Below, in pieces: positions 37,898 to 48,099 of a stretch of 64,000 nt of DNA; within the stretch, counting starts at the first letter, position 1, and each line of letters starts with the position of its first letter. The notes beneath the pieces were generated by a model that had not been told where the DNA came from, ran no database searches, and saw only the letters and a list, made by a program, of their open reading frames with translations. Source of the stretch: Candidatus Poribacteria bacterium (GTDB lineage: Bacteria; Poribacteria; WGA-4E; JAJDTR01); assembly GCA_965220415.1 (NCBI GenBank), contig OZ244829.1, positions 2,217,209 to 2,281,208 of the forward strand, read 5' to 3'. The position numbers and the translations under genes are program-made.

Positions 37898-40800
37898 CTA
37901 TCCACTGCCTGCGTCACGCAATCGTTCGATCCGCCTGCGTACCTCGTCCGCAATATTTCGGTAGTTTTCCCGCTTATTCGCTTTCGTCGCAGATTCTTCG
38001 GGGAAGCCGGGAGCGACCGGCTCCCCGAAAACGACACGAATTCTGCTTTTGCGCGGCAACGACTTGCCTTTGGGCAATGCTTCATAGGTGCCACTTACAT
38101 ACGCGGGCACGATAGGCACATTAGCTTCGTATGCAAGCAAACCGAGACCAGGCTTGAAAGGCTGGAGTTCCCCGTTCAGTGAGCGGGTACCTTCCGGATA
38201 GATGAGCAAGTTTTCGTCTCGAAGAAGCGCTTCCTGTGCAACGCGTAGGCTTTGGAGGGAATTATCCGTTCGATCGAACGGCAAGGCGTTGAGACACTGG
38301 CTAACAAACCACGCTTTCATTCGACTGTTGTAGAAGTAGTCTCTTGCACTAAGCGGACGTAATTTTCTTGATTCTACGCCTAGAGCGGTCATAATCGCCG
38401 GTGTATCGAGGTGGCTGCTGTGATTCGCCGCGATGATGTACGGTACTTCGGATGGGATGTGCTCTAATCCCCCGCACCGAAGCGAGAAGCGGCGCCGGAA
38501 AATCGTCCGAATGCCGAAGCGAATAAGTTTAGCCAAATGGCTCGGAGGCGAGTCGAGTTTCCCATGCTCCGCGGCGATCGAGGAACCAAGGGACGTATCC
38601 TCGGCATCCGGCGTGGCTTGCTGTGAGTCTAACGTGTTGACAACATCAATTACATCTCCGACAGTACGAATCCTTGCAGCGACCTCGTCCGGCACCTGTT
38701 TACCCAGTTTCGATTCAAGCAGCAACAGCAGTTCAACACGGGTCATCGAATCCAATCCGAGATCCGTGTCCAACGCGCTGTCCGCACGGATGCGATCCGG
38801 CGGAACGCGTGACAATCGCGTGAGTTCGCCGACAACCTCAGCTGCCCGGCTGCCCGGTTCCCACTCTCCAACAGCCACATCTGCCGAGGTTTCTTCGGCG
38901 GAAACAACGGGATGAGCCGCGTCTACCACTATCTGCTTGAACAGCAACGTCTTGACACGCGGACGGTCAATCTCGCCGTCAGGCGTTTTGGGCAAGTCCT
39001 CCTCCCAGAAATGTACCTTTTGGAGATTCTGATGCGTGGGGAGACTGCGTGCGCATGTTTGGAGATGTTTCTGAATCGATTCTTGGACTTCCTCCCGAGC
39101 GTCGCGCTCCGAGCAATTCGGCACAATTACTGTGTGTACTTCCTCTCCGAACGAGTCCGGCGTATCTAGTCCGACGACGCAAATCTCGGAAATATGGGGA
39201 CTATGTCGATACAGTTCCTCAAGTTCGACCGGATAGATATTTTTGCCGGTGCTGGCAATAATGACATCTTTTTTGCGCCCCGTAATAAAGAGGTAACCGT
39301 CATCATCAATATAACCGAGATCGCCGGTATAGAGCAAACCATCTCGAAGGACTTGTTGGGTCGCCGCCGGATTCCGATAGTATCCGGCCATGGTGCTCGG
39401 ACTCTTCGTGACAATTTCGCCAATTCCGCTGGCGTCCGGATTTTCAATCTGGAACTCCACCTCATTTACCGGCAGTCCGACGGAACCGGCTTTGCTCTTC
39501 TCCGCAGGATTCACGCTTAACACGGGCGCCGTTTCCGTCATGCCGTAACCTTCAAGGATTGTGAAACCAAAACGCTTGAATCCGTCGTAAACCTGACGAG
39601 GCAAGGCGGCACCGCCGCTTATAAGGACGCGGATCTGTCCTCCTAATGCCTTCTTAACGTGTTCAATCACGGCTGAATCATCCGACTCGTCCGTTTCAAT
39701 CGGGGTTTTCAGCACATACCTCTCAATGGCGTCATAGAGCAATTTGTACAAGCGCGGAACCCCGATAATGGCGGTCGTTTCCGTTTCTCGCATGGATTCC
39801 AAGATCGCGGTTGGTTTGAATGTATTGATATAGGTGACAGTGGCGCCACCGTAGATAGCCATCAGAAAACTGCAGGAGAACCCTAGGGCATGATACAGCG
39901 GAAGAATTGCTAGGACACGATCTGTTTCGGCTGGGGGAAGTACCTGCGCGACAGCGTGGAGATTTGCCAGAAACCCCTTGTGAGACAACATCGCGCCCCT
40001 CGGATCTACGGTGGTACCCATTGTGAAAATGATCGAGGCGGTTGCCTCTGGCTGGATTTCTACGATTGGAAAATCGGCAGGAATTTCATCAGTGGAAGAC
40101 ACAACTCCCTCGGCGCCCGAAGGTGCGCAGAGCTGATTCAGATTCAATACGTCCAGCTTTTCCCTTTCGTCGGAGATAGAGTGCAGTTGTTTAAAAAGGG
40201 ACTCAGACGCGATAACCACTTTTGCCTCCGTAAAGTCGGCAAGCGCCATCACTTCGAATCTAGCGGTCTGCGGATCGATAGGCACTACAATGGCACCGAT
40301 CTGGATGGCGGCTAGGTAGGTGATTCCCCACTCGGGTTGATTCTCGGAAATGAGAATCACCTTATCGTCTTTGCGATAGCCACGTTTCCAAAACGCAAAC
40401 GCGATCTGTCGCGATACATCATAAACTTGACGGTAGGAATACCGTACCCACTCCCCGCCTCGTTCAATCTGCAAGGCTGTATTATCCGAGTGCGCCTCGG
40501 CTTGTCGCTCAACGAGATCCAAAATCGTCTGACAGTCCTGTATTGAGCCCTTTTCCTGCGGGCAAGCATCGTGGCGTACCGCATTTGAACGCTCAACTTC
40601 TATGAGCGTTTTCACCGACGGATCGGCATCCATTTTAAGAATGAACCGCTTGATTCCCGGAATATGGATATTCTGGAGATAGTGTTGCCAGTCGAATTGG
40701 GAGATATTGAGGTCGAAGCGGCGCTGATCGACTGAGGTCAGCGATGCGAACAGTTGTCCAATCTTGGAGGTTTCAAACTCGAAGTTGAGGCGCGTATACG

Positions 40801-42226
40801 GACCATAGATGCGAATGTAGTATTGAAGCCCCTCTAGTGCATTTTGTATCACGGCGATACGACGGTTCCGCTGTCTCGACCATCTCAGTGGAACAAGATT
40901 CAGCAGCCGACTTGCTGCTTTGAGCACACTCAACTTTCGCGATAACTTGTGCTGAAATTCCTCAAGACCGGGGTACCGCCATACGGGTGGAGGAATGGGC
41001 TTTCCACCATCTAGCATTGGATATTTGATAAAGTGGTCGTGAGAGGCGTCCACTATGTTTCGGAAATACAGTGGGTTTTGGGAGCCAGTCGCCACATGGT
41101 AGACCTCAATTCCGCGCCTCTGATAGGTCTGCTTCGCCGCGATTAAAATGGCGTTCACTACAAAGTCCACGGGGACAATATCAAGGATAATATCCGGATC
41201 CGCAGGAAAATCGGGCAGGCGCCCTTTTCCAAAACCAACGATAAGCGGATCCGCCATTCGTAACCCATCGAGCCAACCCGGTCGTGGGTCTTCTAGGCTA
41301 CTTTCAATAATCGAAGGGCGAATGATTGCTACCGGCAAATCACCCCGCGTCTTGGCGACCATCTGTTCGCCCAGCGCTTTCATGTAGGTGTACGTGTCAT
41401 TCCAGCCTCGTGACTGTGCTCGTTTCAGCCCTTCATCGACCAAGCGCTGCTCAATCCATTTCTTGCGAATGGTATCATACTGACCACGATAACCGTCGCT
41501 GTCTTCCCGTTCTTCTCCGACCTGTTCCAAAGCCTCTCGTCGGAATTGGTCGCTTCGAGGGGATTCATCCGCCTCGGCTCTTATCTTTTCCGCAATTTGT
41601 TGGACATCTTCAATTTCTTCCTCAAGCGAGTGAGGGATTCTCTCTCCGGTCTCTTCGGCAATCTTTTGGGCACAAACTTCGTACGGTGGGTGTAATTCCT
41701 CGCTGATTCTCCCCGGCTTCGTTCCGCACACGTAGGCGGTCGAAACGTGAAGAAGTACGGCGTCATTGCATCCTCGAACGAATTCGACGGCCTGTTTTGC
41801 ACCAAGTACATTGCTATGCAATGACATATCCATCGGCGGATCGAAGTTAACCAACCCTCCGCTATTTATGAAGATTTGGACTTCGTCCTGTAGTTCTTTG
41901 TAACGGGCATCAGGCATCCCGAGTCGTTCGTAGGTCAAGTCGCCATCTACGCCATGCACCTTCTCGCGAATCCAGCTATCGAACCGGTCTCCATGAAAAT
42001 GTTTAAGTTTTGCAAAAACGCTTGACGTGAAGAACTCGTCCTCTAGCCGATCAGCGGCAGAATTCACTTTGCCGTTGGGATTGGTTCGACTGCGAACGAG
42101 TAGGTAGATCCGCTTTACACCCGGCAGATCCGTGAGAATTTTGGCGACCACCGGCTTGCCCAAGAAGCCCGTAGCACCCGTAATCAGCACAGTTTTGTTT
42201 TGAAAAAACTCGGATATGGTGTTCAA
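37898..42226 (-). CDS. Four-domain lipid-biosynthesis megaenzyme: fatty acyl reductase (FAR) - fatty acyl-AMP ligase - acyl carrier domain - 1-acyl-glycerol-3-phosphate acyltransferase (PlsC); ElbD-like
   Basis: N-terminal Rossmann TGATGFLG + YxxxK (FAR/male-sterility type) with a FAR_C region; AMP-binding motifs TMGTTVDPRG, GYGMTETA, YTGDLGY.DDDGYLFITGRKKD; phosphopantetheine attachment LGLDSMTRVEL; acyltransferase motifs NHSSHLD (HX4D) and YPEGTRS. Confidence 0.85.
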   Translation of the reverse strand: MNTISEFFQNKTVLITGATGFLGKPVVAKILTDLPGVKRIYLLVRSRTNPNGKVNSAADRLEDEFFTSSVFAKLKHFHGDRFDSWIREKVHGVDGDLTYERLGMPDARYKELQDEVQIFINSGGLVNFDPPMDMSLHSNVLGAKQAVEFVRGCNDAVLLHVSTAYVCGTKPGRISEELHPPYEVCAQKIAEETGERIPHSLEEEIEDVQQIAEKIRAEADESPRSDQFRREALEQVGEEREDSDGYRGQYDTIRKKWIEQRLVDEGLKRAQSRGWNDTYTYMKALGEQMVAKTRGDLPVAIIRPSIIESSLEDPRPGWLDGLRMADPLIVGFGKGRLPDFPADPDIILDIVPVDFVVNAILIAAKQTYQRRGIEVYHVATGSQNPLYFRNIVDASHDHFIKYPMLDGGKPIPPPVWRYPGLEEFQHKLSRKLSVLKAASRLLNLVPLRWSRQRNRRIAVIQNALEGLQYYIRIYGPYTRLNFEFETSKIGQLFASLTSVDQRRFDLNISQFDWQHYLQNIHIPGIKRFILKMDADPSVKTLIEVERSNAVRHDACPQEKGSIQDCQTILDLVERQAEAHSDNTALQIERGGEWVRYSYRQVYDVSRQIAFAFWKRGYRKDDKVILISENQPEWGITYLAAIQIGAIVVPIDPQTARFEVMALADFTEAKVVIASESLFKQLHSISDEREKLDVLNLNQLCAPSGAEGVVSSTDEIPADFPIVEIQPEATASIIFTMGTTVDPRGAMLSHKGFLANLHAVAQVLPPAETDRVLAILPLYHALGFSCSFLMAIYGGATVTYINTFKPTAILESMRETETTAIIGVPRLYKLLYDAIERYVLKTPIETDESDDSAVIEHVKKALGGQIRVLISGGAALPRQVYDGFKRFGFTILEGYGMTETAPVLSVNPAEKSKAGSVGLPVNEVEFQIENPDASGIGEIVTKSPSTMAGYYRNPAATQQVLRDGLLYTGDLGYIDDDGYLFITGRKKDVIIASTGKNIYPVELEELYRHSPHISEICVVGLDTPDSFGEEVHTVIVPNCSERDAREEVQESIQKHLQTCARSLPTHQNLQKVHFWEEDLPKTPDGEIDRPRVKTLLFKQIVVDAAHPVVSAEETSADVAVGEWEPGSRAAEVVGELTRLSRVPPDRIRADSALDTDLGLDSMTRVELLLLLESKLGKQVPDEVAARIRTVGDVIDVVNTLDSQQATPDAEDTSLGSSIAAEHGKLDSPPSHLAKLIRFGIRTIFRRRFSLRCGGLEHIPSEVPYIIAANHSSHLDTPAIMTALGVESRKLRPLSARDYFYNSRMKAWFVSQCLNALPFDRTDNSLQSLRVAQEALLRDENLLIYPEGTRSLNGELQPFKPGLGLLAYEANVPIVPAYVSGTYEALPKGKSLPRKSRIRVVFGEPVAPGFPEESATKANKRENYRNIADEVRRRIERLRDAGSG

Positions 42227-42637
42227 CTTAATTTCCGCCTTTATAACACATCATAGGGCCAAGTAATGCGGTAATCGCCCAGAACGGATTCCATAGTCAA
42301 CTCAACTTTGTCCGATGCCCCATATCTTCCCGAAATCTTGGGCCGTCGCCGAGGATTGCTCTTCGATCGGCATTGATTGCGAACAAGCTCGGAACAGTGA
42401 AAATTTGACAGCGTGTTAGTATAAGGGAATCGCGCGTTTGGTGTCAATGCAAAACCAAATCGTTTTCAGGGCGAGTGCGTCTGATTGTAGGATTAAGTGA
42501 GTGACTAGCGGTCAAGCGAGCGAATAGCGATCGTGATAAGGGGCCCAGGACCAAAATGCTCTCCATTCAGACGTACGTTCCCTACAACGTTTGAGGTCTA
42601 CGGAGCAAAGACCGTCTCATTCAGGTAGGTGGGATAG

Positions 42638-43048
42638 CAGGGGAAACGCATCTATACTCCACGCTGCTGAGAATTGCTTATTTTGTAGGAGCGATCTCCG
42701 AATCGCGACCTCTTTAAATCTTTGGTAGCCCCAGAGGGATCAAACGAGTGGATAACGAGGGCGATAGTAAATCCCGTGCGATAGAGATTTTACAGGTGTA
42801 CAACAATTCACGGCAGAAACATGAAAAACTACTCCTCATATGACAAAAAATGGGATTGGCACCTATTATTCAATCAGGCTCTAAGGATCGTAGGTTGGGT
42901 TGAACGAAATTCGTTAATGATCGTTAATCTTAGAGACGTTTCCGAGTCCCCACTTTGCATGAACATACCGAAAATATGAGTGAAACCCAACATTAATCGT
43001 AAATTCTACCGCCATGAGACATCCTCTAAATTAGATGCGTTTCCCCTG
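42638..43048. mobile_element. Composite non-autonomous element with perfect 16-bp TIRs (CAGGGGAAACGCATCT / AGATGCGTTTCCCCTG) and 10-bp target-site duplication GGTGGGATAG
   Basis: Direct repeat GGTGGGATAG at 42628-42637 and 43049-43058 immediately flanks the inverted repeats at 42638-42653 and 43033-43048. The interior carries a family-1 MITE copy (42654-42790) and a truncated family-2 copy (42889-43000). Confidence 0.6.
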
Positions 43049-43185
43049 GGTGGGATAGTCCTTGAGATTACCTCGGCAGTACGATATAATTGAATCGCTT
43101 GGGCATTAGGCTCAGAGTATTCCACCGTGTGAATGACACTCAAAGATAGGGATTGAATTTCGAAATCGGGAAAACGAATCCGAAA

Positions 43186-43713
43186 ATGTCAGAGTTTCCA
43201 CTCCGAAATCTAGAATTCAAGGCGGCAGCCGAGTCGCTCGAGTCCCTACGCGCGAACCTTAATGCACTTGAAGCGGAATGTTCGGGTAGGCTGTATCAGG
43301 TCGATACCTATTTTCATGTCCCAAAAGGGAGATTGAAACTGCGTGAAGTCGAAGATTACGCGGCGACACTAGTCTACTATGAGCGTCCGGACGCAGCAGA
43401 ATCGCGGTACAGCCACTACCAACTATGTGATATTGCGGACTGCGCGAAGTTTAAACAGATGATGTCTGACGCTCTTGGCGTGAAGGTAATCGTCAAGAAG
43501 AACCGTGAGTTATGGATTTACGGAAACACACGGATTCATCTAGATGAGGTTCTCGACCTCGGCGAGTTCGTTGAACTGGAAACCGTGATGCGAAATCAGA
43601 GCGAAACAGAGGCGCAAGCGGAACACAATCGTCTCAAGGCAACACTTCACATTGCGGCTGCCGACTTGATTCCGGTTTCCTATAGCGATCTGCTGTTAAA
43701 AAGCAACTCGTAA
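43186..43713 (+). CDS. CYTH-domain protein (class IV adenylyl cyclase/CyaB-like triphosphate tunnel metalloenzyme)
   Basis: N-terminal E-x-E-x-K (NLEFKAA), then YQVDTYF, GRLKLRE, YYER and the C-terminal NTRIHLDEV.DLGEFVELE motifs characteristic of CyaB/CYTH. ATG at 43186. Confidence 0.7.
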   Translation: MSEFPLRNLEFKAAAESLESLRANLNALEAECSGRLYQVDTYFHVPKGRLKLREVEDYAATLVYYERPDAAESRYSHYQLCDIADCAKFKQMMSDALGVKVIVKKNRELWIYGNTRIHLDEVLDLGEFVELETVMRNQSETEAQAEHNRLKATLHIAAADLIPVSYSDLLLKSNS

Positions 43714-43853
43714 AACCGGGATTGCGGCTTGACACCTACACTACTCGCACTCCGATTTGGGTCTTGTTGTAGGGACTAACGAGAGGACTCCATAGTAGCT
43801 TTACCGCACGGGGATTTACTATCGCACGCCTTATCCAGTCACTTGATCGCTGT

Positions 43854-44708
43854 TCACTCGTTTAATCGGTAAAAGCGAATCGCGTTTTCACAGAACAGTT
43901 TCTTCATTTCGTCCTCGGAGCACCCATCCACCGCCCACGCCAAGGTCTCAACCCACTGTGGATAGTCGATTGCTTGCGTTGAAACAGGCCAATCACCGCC
44001 ATAGATGACCCGATCAAATCCGAAACACTTGATAACATGATCGATATACGGTTTCAGATCTGTCGGTCTCCATGTTTCAAAATCCGCCGAGGTTGCAACG
44101 CCTGACACTTTGCAGTACACGTTAGGGAATTTTGATAACGATTCGATTTCGCGCGCCCATGGCTGAAAAACCTCATTCTTGATGTCGGGTTTTCCGAGGT
44201 GGTCTAGCATGAATTGGTTGTTCGGACACTGCCTGACGAACTCAATCACGTTGGCAAGCTGCGGCTGGACAATGCAAATATCAAAACTCAGTCCATATTC
44301 CTCCAGCAGTTGAACGCCTTTGATGAAAGCGGGCTGCAAGCAGAAATCCAGGGATTCCGACTGAATGAGGCGGCGAATGCCTTTGACCAATGGGTTCACC
44401 GCCAGCTTCTCAAGTACGGGCCTCACGCCTTCCCCATTTTCCAGAGGCGCCGACGCCACAATCCCCTTAATCCGCGGTTCGTCCTTAACAAGGGATGTCA
44501 CCCACTCAACCTCAGCCAGGCGTTCGTCCGGGTGGACATCACACTCGACAAAAACAAACGACCCGACACTGACAGATCCACTAGCAGCCCTCAAGTCATT
44601 CAACAGATGCGGTTTACTTATAGCAGGAACTTCCCCAAGCCAAGGGTATCGCAGGCGTTCCGGATCCCACAGATGCACATGCGTGTCTACAATTGGAAAG
44701 CTAATCAT
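43854..44708 (-). CDS. Amidohydrolase-2 family metal-dependent hydrolase
   Basis: N-terminal DTHVHLWD metal-binding motif and C-terminal ...GGDWP.. region typical of PF04909 TIM-barrel hydrolases. Confidence 0.75.
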   Translation of the reverse strand: MISFPIVDTHVHLWDPERLRYPWLGEVPAISKPHLLNDLRAASGSVSVGSFVFVECDVHPDERLAEVEWVTSLVKDEPRIKGIVASAPLENGEGVRPVLEKLAVNPLVKGIRRLIQSESLDFCLQPAFIKGVQLLEEYGLSFDICIVQPQLANVIEFVRQCPNNQFMLDHLGKPDIKNEVFQPWAREIESLSKFPNVYCKVSGVATSADFETWRPTDLKPYIDHVIKCFGFDRVIYGGDWPVSTQAIDYPQWVETLAWAVDGCSEDEMKKLFCENAIRFYRLNE

Positions 44709-44994
44709 AAATCCTAATGCCTCCTTCCTGATGCGAGAGCGATTCTATAGTAGGTGCAGGTTGCTGTCAATAGTAAATGCCGATTGTTCAAGGGTAATTG
44801 CATTCGATTGCACATGGTGTAAAAGAAGGGAGGGATGATGGACAGTAAGATTGGGAATCGGTAATTTGATGATTGCTAATCTCATCCTACAACTGACCGC
44901 ACTCAGCGCAACTTGCCAAGTCCCATCCCTACGTGCTATAATACCTCTTGCGTTTAGTTCACGTGTTACTCGCCAAGCGGGGAGCCTTCGGATA

Positions 44995-46524
44995 TTGTCA
45001 ACCACATCTTCCACAAAACTATGGGGCGGACGATTTAGCTCAGAGACAAAGACTGAAACCCAAGATTTCACCCAGTCCGTGGATGTTGATTCGCGTCTGG
45101 TCGCACATGACATTTGGGGGAGCCAAGCACATGCCATTATGCTGGCGCGGGGCAAAATAATCTCCGATGAAGACCTCCGACAAATCTTAATTTGGCTCCG
45201 GAGGACGGAAGAAGATTACGGCAATGGCACCTTTGTACTAAAACCCGAAAAGGAAGATGTCCACATGAATGTGGAATCTTACCTCATTGACGGCGCCGGC
45301 ATTGAGTACGGTGGAAAACTTCACACGGCGCGTTCCCGCAACGATCAGGTCTTGGTTGACGCACATCTCTATATCCGTGAACAGATTCTCAGAACACAAA
45401 TAGGACTGTCTCAACTTTGCCGTGTGTTTCTGAAAATTGCGTCGAACCATGCCGAAACGGTGATGCCGGGCTACACGCACATGCAGCATGCCCAGCCAAT
45501 CAGCCTCGGGTTTTGGGCAACCGCTTATGTCAGTATGTTACTCCGCGACCTGAAGCGGTTGGATTCTGCCTACGCCCTCGCCAATATGAATCCGTTGGGC
45601 GCTTGTGCAATTGCCGGCACGTCTTTCGCTATTGACCGCCATCTAACCACGAAACTTCTTGGATTCGACACCGTTCATGAACATGCCTTGGATGTTATCA
45701 GCAGTCGGGACTTCATCGCGGAAACGCTATTTTGTCTGTCTCTGCTCATGACGAACCTCTCAAGATTGGGAGAGGAGATTGTTTACTGGACAACCCATGA
45801 GTTTGGAACTGCTGTTCTTGACGACGCCTACTCAACCGGCAGTTCGATTATGCCTCAGAAGAAAAATCCGGATATCGCCGAAATGGTACGCGGACGTTGC
45901 GGACGCGTTTATGGTGAACTGCTAGATGTTCTGACAAACCTCAAAGGGCTTCCGCTTGGCTATAATCGAGACCTTCAGGAGGACAAACCTCCACTTTGGA
46001 ACGCTTTTGACATCGCGCAATCCTGTTTGGGCATCCTCCCCGGCTTACTAGAAACGACTCGCTTCAACACAGACCGAATGGCAGAACTCTGCAACGCGAA
46101 CTTTGCGGCAGCAACAGAATTGGCGAACTATCTGGTACGGGAACAGGGTATCGCGTTTCGTGAAAGCCATGAAATTGTTGGAGGCATCATTGGCAATCTG
46201 GTGGAAAAGGGGGCGACCTTCGACGATTTGGAACAGACCCGGAAACTACTACAGTTCAGAGGTGTCAATCTCTCTACGCGGCAGCTTCAAGGCATTCTCG
46301 ATTCCCATCTACTACTCCGCGGCAACCTGAGCTTGGGAGGAACATCCCCTACCGAAGTACGGCGAATGACATCTGAATTTGATGCCGAACTAAGAGATAT
46401 GGATGCGGAAATTTTGTTGCGCCAAGAACAAATTGACGTTGCATATAAACAGACGCACCAGATTATTGAAGAAGTCATTGCAGGAAAGGCTATCTCTGAG
46501 GTCGATTCTCCGTATTGGGCATGA
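44995..46524 (+). CDS. argH: Argininosuccinate lyase
   Basis: KLWGGRF N-terminus, fumarate-lyase signature GSSIMPQKKNPD, and conserved H/S loops. Probable TTG start at 44995 just before KLWGGRF (the track ATG at 44851 adds a non-homologous 48-aa extension). There is a ~50-aa C-terminal extension. Confidence 0.9.
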   Translation: MSTTSSTKLWGGRFSSETKTETQDFTQSVDVDSRLVAHDIWGSQAHAIMLARGKIISDEDLRQILIWLRRTEEDYGNGTFVLKPEKEDVHMNVESYLIDGAGIEYGGKLHTARSRNDQVLVDAHLYIREQILRTQIGLSQLCRVFLKIASNHAETVMPGYTHMQHAQPISLGFWATAYVSMLLRDLKRLDSAYALANMNPLGACAIAGTSFAIDRHLTTKLLGFDTVHEHALDVISSRDFIAETLFCLSLLMTNLSRLGEEIVYWTTHEFGTAVLDDAYSTGSSIMPQKKNPDIAEMVRGRCGRVYGELLDVLTNLKGLPLGYNRDLQEDKPPLWNAFDIAQSCLGILPGLLETTRFNTDRMAELCNANFAAATELANYLVREQGIAFRESHEIVGGIIGNLVEKGATFDDLEQTRKLLQFRGVNLSTRQLQGILDSHLLLRGNLSLGGTSPTEVRRMTSEFDAELRDMDAEILLRQEQIDVAYKQTHQIIEEVIAGKAISEVDSPYWA

Positions 46525-46650
46525 GAATTAAAATCATGCCTCGGCGAGTAGCTTGCACTATTGATTGCTAGTTCGAGGCTAGTGATGTATTTGGCATGGC
46601 TTCCGTTATCGGTTGCAAATTTTGTTAAAAACTGAATATAGGTACTCAAG

Positions 46651-47370
46651 ATGACTGAAAAATTATTAAAACTACACTTTTGGATTGCCATTTGTATACT
46701 GATTTGCGGAAGTGGTATTGCCGCATACGGTTCATCAAGTGAGAAACCTGAAAGAGGACGAGTGAAGTGGCAGAGCAAATCATACCATGGCAAGCGGACA
46801 GCCAGCGGTGAGAGGCACAATCGCAGAGACCTTGTGGCAGCTCATCCCACGTTGCCTTTCGACACTTATCTTCGCGTCGTGAATTCAAAGAACGGGAGAA
46901 TGGCTATTGTTCGGGTCAATGACCGGTGCCCGCCAAGGAGTGACAGAACACTTGTTGTGTCGTGGGGCGCGGCGAGGTTACTCGGCATCCTTGAGCGCGG
47001 CGCCGCGGAGGTACAAATCAGCAAAGCAAAGACGCAGACAGGTTACGCCTCATGGTACGGCAAACAATTTCACGGGAGGAAAACCGCAAATGGCGAGGTG
47101 TATGACATGGACGCTATGACGGCAGCCCACAAAGAGCTCCCCTTCAACACGCGGGTGCGAGTGGTAAACCTGAGAACCGGTAAATCTGTCGTCGTTAGAA
47201 TCAACGACCGGGGACCGTTTATCGAGGGACGGATTATCGATCTCTCCCGTCGCGCGGCGGGCAAACTCGGCATGTTCTTCACCGGCACAATGAAGGTTCG
47301 GGTTGAAATTCTGCCGCCGTACAAGAAGTCCGGCAAGTTAGCTAGGGCGACGAAGGATGTCAAACGATAA
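46651..47370 (+). CDS. rlpA: RlpA-family lipoprotein with two double-psi beta-barrel (DPBB) domains
   Basis: Two copies of W.GKASYHG/ASWYG...TA.GE...M.AAH..LPF.T.[LV]RV.N..NG[RK].[AV]VVR[VI]NDRGP; signal peptide. Confidence 0.8.
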   Translation: MTEKLLKLHFWIAICILICGSGIAAYGSSSEKPERGRVKWQSKSYHGKRTASGERHNRRDLVAAHPTLPFDTYLRVVNSKNGRMAIVRVNDRCPPRSDRTLVVSWGAARLLGILERGAAEVQISKAKTQTGYASWYGKQFHGRKTANGEVYDMDAMTAAHKELPFNTRVRVVNLRTGKSVVVRINDRGPFIEGRIIDLSRRAAGKLGMFFTGTMKVRVEILPPYKKSGKLARATKDVKR

Positions 47371-48070
47371 GCTGATTGTCGCGCTTGATTTTGACGACCT
47401 CCATTCGGCGAATCAAACCGTCAGCCAACTCGGCAATCTCGTTACATGGTTTAAAATTGGGGGACAGCTCTTCACTACAACCGGGCCCACCTCGGTTGAA
47501 ACCTTCCTTAATTTGGGAAACAAGGTTTTCCTAGACCTCAAATTTCACGACATCCCGAACACGGTTGCCGGGGCCGTCACCGCGGCGGCGCAGACAGGGG
47601 CAAGCATGATAAACATGCACGCCTCCGGCGGATTTGAGATGATGCGCGCCGCTAGCGAAGCCGCTGCCGCACAAGCCTGCGCGCTGGAAATCCCAAGACC
47701 AATGCTGCTCGGCGTGACGGTACTCACGAGCATTGATGAACCGAGTTTTCAACGCGACTTCAACACAGAGCGAAAACTGGGGGATCAGGTCGCCTATCTC
47801 GCGGAATTAACCCAAAAAGCGGGATTGGACGGCGTGGTTGCGTCACCGCTGGAGATTGAGCTTGTCCGCCGCGTCTGCGGCGAGCGGTTCTTGATTGTTA
47901 CCCCCGGCGTTCGACCTCGGTGGGCGGCGGCTGGCGATCAACGTCGAATTAGGACGCCGGCGGAAGCCATAGAAGCGGGAGCGGATTACATCGTTGTCGG
48001 GCGCCCCATCACCGGGGCTGATAATCCGCGCGAAGCGGCGGAAAATGTCCTTCAGGAAATCCAAAACTGA
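47357..48070 (+). CDS. pyrF: Orotidine 5'-phosphate decarboxylase
   Basis: LIVALDFD...FKIG N-terminus, [10 protein letters not shown] (catalytic K), and a C-terminal [11 protein letters not shown] phosphate-binding motif. Overlaps rlpA by 14 bp. Confidence 0.9.
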   Translation: MSNDKLIVALDFDDLHSANQTVSQLGNLVTWFKIGGQLFTTTGPTSVETFLNLGNKVFLDLKFHDIPNTVAGAVTAAAQTGASMINMHASGGFEMMRAASEAAAAQACALEIPRPMLLGVTVLTSIDEPSFQRDFNTERKLGDQVAYLAELTQKAGLDGVVASPLEIELVRRVCGERFLIVTPGVRPRWAAAGDQRRIRTPAEAIEAGADYIVVGRPITGADNPREAAENVLQEIQN

Positions 48071-48099
48071 CCTGATTCAGGATTCAAGACGGATAGCCT

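Noticed and set aside
37885-38094. Longer 307-aa version of the HAD phosphatase ORF
   Set aside because: It would overlap the 3' end of the 1442-aa megaenzyme gene by ~200 bp in another frame. The conserved HAD motif I (FFDVDGTL) begins shortly after the internal Met at 37884, which is the more plausible start.
44851-44994. ATG-initiated 48-aa N-terminal extension of argH in the ORF track
   Set aside because: ArgH family proteins start at the (M)KLWGGRF motif. The extension is hydrophobic and non-homologous and would put the start inside the divergent promoter region; a TTG at 44995 fits better.
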